A stretch of 64,000 nt of DNA, taken from contig CAKKNE010000005.1 in assembly GCA_918797485.1 (NCBI GenBank), positions 1,798,001-1,862,000 on the forward strand, written 5' to 3'. The first letter of the stretch is position 1; the number at the start of each line of letters is the position of its first letter. Source of the stretch: Pelagomonas calceolata (lineage: Eukaryota). A program made the translations under genes and the position numbers. The notes beneath the pieces are model-generated. The model was not told the DNA's origin. It saw only the letters and a program-made list of their open reading frames with translations, and made no database searches. Positions 62,455 through 64,000 of this stretch are shown here, one piece after another.

Positions 62455-63921
62455 CTAGGCGCCGTTCAGCGACGGGAACACGCCGGGCGCGTCGTCCGCC
62501 GCGACGTCGAGCTGCGTGCCCGCGGCGTAGTTGTAGAGGCCCTTGCCCGTCCCAAAGTCCACGAGCACGCGCTTCGACGCGTTGGGCATGGTCAGCACGT
62601 TGCAGGGGCCCACGACGACGCCGCGGTCGCCCGCCCGGACCGCGTTGTAGCCGACGCGCGCGACGACGCGCGCGCCCTTGCGGAACTGGGGCGCGTCGGC
62701 CACGAGCGGCGCGTGCGCCAGGTCCGCCGGCGCGACGTCCTCCACGCCGTCGTCCGTCGCGACGCGCAGCGTCCGCCCGTCGGCCCCCAGGCCCACGACG
62801 ACGCCCCGGGCGCGCCCCCGCGCGACGACCGTGTCGTCGCGGACGAAGGTCGCGCCGTCGAGCAGGGGCGCGAGCTGGATCTGCGTGTCGCACCGGTAGT
62901 TGTAGGCCGCCTTGCCGTCGAAGTCCACGAGCACCCGCAGGTCCGCCCGCGACATGGCCGGGTCGCTGCACGGGCCCACGACCACGCCGCGGTCGCCGAC
63001 CTTCACCGTCTCGTAGTCGACGGACGCGACGACGACGTCGCCCTTCAGGATGCGCGGCGCGCCCGGCGCGGCCACGACCGGCGCCGGCGCCACGTCCGCC
63101 ACGGCCACGTCGCACGTCGCGCCGCTCGGCGCCCACTTCACCGTCAGGCCGCCCCGCCGGCCGCGGCCCACGACGACGCCGCGGTCGCCCGCGGCGCACT
63201 TGTTCCGGACGGCGGCGCGCGCGATGACCCCGTCGCCCAGCACGTGCTGGCCCGCGAGCGGCGCGCGCCGGGCCTGCTGGCCCTTGGTGTAGACGTACGT
63301 GCCCTTGCCGTCGTCGAAGCGCACGCGGCACCGCTTGTGCGGCGCCTTCTCGGCCGCGTCCTCGCAGGGCCCCACGACCACGCCCCGGTCGCCGACGGCG
63401 ACGCGCTTCCAGGCCGTCGCCGCCACGACGAGGTCCCCGACGCTCAGGTCGTACTGCGTCGGCAGGCGCTCGCGCGGCGCGGGCGGCGACCGCGCGCCCC
63501 GCGCGGCGCGGTCGGAGCCGGGCGTCGACCGCGGCGGCGGCGGCGGCGGCGCGTCGGCCTCCTCGCCGTGGAGGAGGTTCCAGCACGCGCGCGCGCGCTC
63601 GACGAGCCCGCTGCCGCAGCTCCGCGGCAGGCCCAGCTCGGCCACGGCCTGGTCCACGACCTGCACGTGGCTCCCGCTCAGCCCCAGCTCGAGCCGCAGC
63701 CCGGCGACGATGTGCGCGAGGGGCGGCGCGGCCGTCGCCGACGGGCTCAGCGCCTCGGGGCTCAGCGGCGGCGCGGCGGGCGTGGCCTCCACGGGCACGG
63801 CCTCGGCGTAGACGGGCGGGCCGTCCCAGGCCGCCGGCGCCGCCGGCGTGGCCGGCGTGGCGGGGACGGGCGGCCGGCTTCGGCCGCCCTCATTGGCCGA
63901 ACCGGAGGGCGTGTTGCCCAT
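62455..63921 (-). CDS. Hypothetical protein with ~5 GDRGVVVG beta-rich (SH3/KOW-like) repeats; possible N-myristoylation
   Basis: MGNTPS start; VGDRGVVVGPC..RVxVxFD..KGxYxY repeated. Confidence 0.75.
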   Translation of the reverse strand: MGNTPSGSANEGGRSRPPVPATPATPAAPAAWDGPPVYAEAVPVEATPAAPPLSPEALSPSATAAPPLAHIVAGLRLELGLSGSHVQVVDQAVAELGLPRSCGSGLVERARACWNLLHGEEADAPPPPPPRSTPGSDRAARGARSPPAPRERLPTQYDLSVGDLVVAATAWKRVAVGDRGVVVGPCEDAAEKAPHKRCRVRFDDGKGTYVYTKGQQARRAPLAGQHVLGDGVIARAAVRNKCAAGDRGVVVGRGRRGGLTVKWAPSGATCDVAVADVAPAPVVAAPGAPRILKGDVVVASVDYETVKVGDRGVVVGPCSDPAMSRADLRVLVDFDGKAAYNYRCDTQIQLAPLLDGATFVRDDTVVARGRARGVVVGLGADGRTLRVATDDGVEDVAPADLAHAPLVADAPQFRKGARVVARVGYNAVRAGDRGVVVGPCNVLTMPNASKRVLVDFGTGKGLYNYAAGTQLDVAADDAPGVFPSLNGA

Positions 63922-64000
63922 CGCTGCCCAGCCGTCGGAGTCGGACGCGGGGCGGTCCCGTCGTCACGCCGCGGGCTGCCCGATGATGTCCGGGTGGGAC

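Noticed and set aside
1..64000. tRNA, rRNA, or autonomous transposase/RT genes
   Set aside because: No cloverleaf, rRNA-like segment, or DDE/RT/integrase motifs were recognised by eye; the introner mobiliser must lie elsewhere.

Overview
This is a very GC-rich, gene-dense eukaryotic nuclear segment. It is most likely from a pelagophyte alga (Aureococcus/Pelagomonas-like), inferred from red-lineage PsbQ, bipartite plastid-targeting leaders and Aureococcus-type introner elements. It holds about 30 protein genes, mostly intron-poor housekeeping genes: LENG8/THP3, VTC4, a homogentisate prenyltransferase, dCMP deaminase, BUD32, PsbQ, V-ATPase D, adenylosuccinate synthetase, MOT2/MFSD5, DnaJ, a DEAD-box helicase, GRWD1 and COX19. 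Six introns are introner DNA-transposon insertions (CTGTGTGGAAATCAA-type TIRs, 8-bp TSD donating the GT/GC donor) in graded states of decay. Splicing them out reveals two proteins hidden from the ORF track. One is a Tudor-Tudor-[aGPT-Pplase1/5-hmdU DNA kinase helical domain] protein, a phage thymine-hypermodification family. The other is a PHD-PHD-Tudor-like-[TET/JBP-like 2OG-Fe(II) dioxygenase]. Together they suggest a chromatin-targeted DNA base (hyper)modification system. Other points of interest are a plastid-type acyltransferase-lipocalin fusion, a RIP-like TpA/CTAG excess in spacers, a 22 x 93-bp coding array with a frameshift, a low-GC triple-homeodomain gene, and small MITE/SINE-like repeats. 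All family calls are from motif recognition by eye; no database searches were run.
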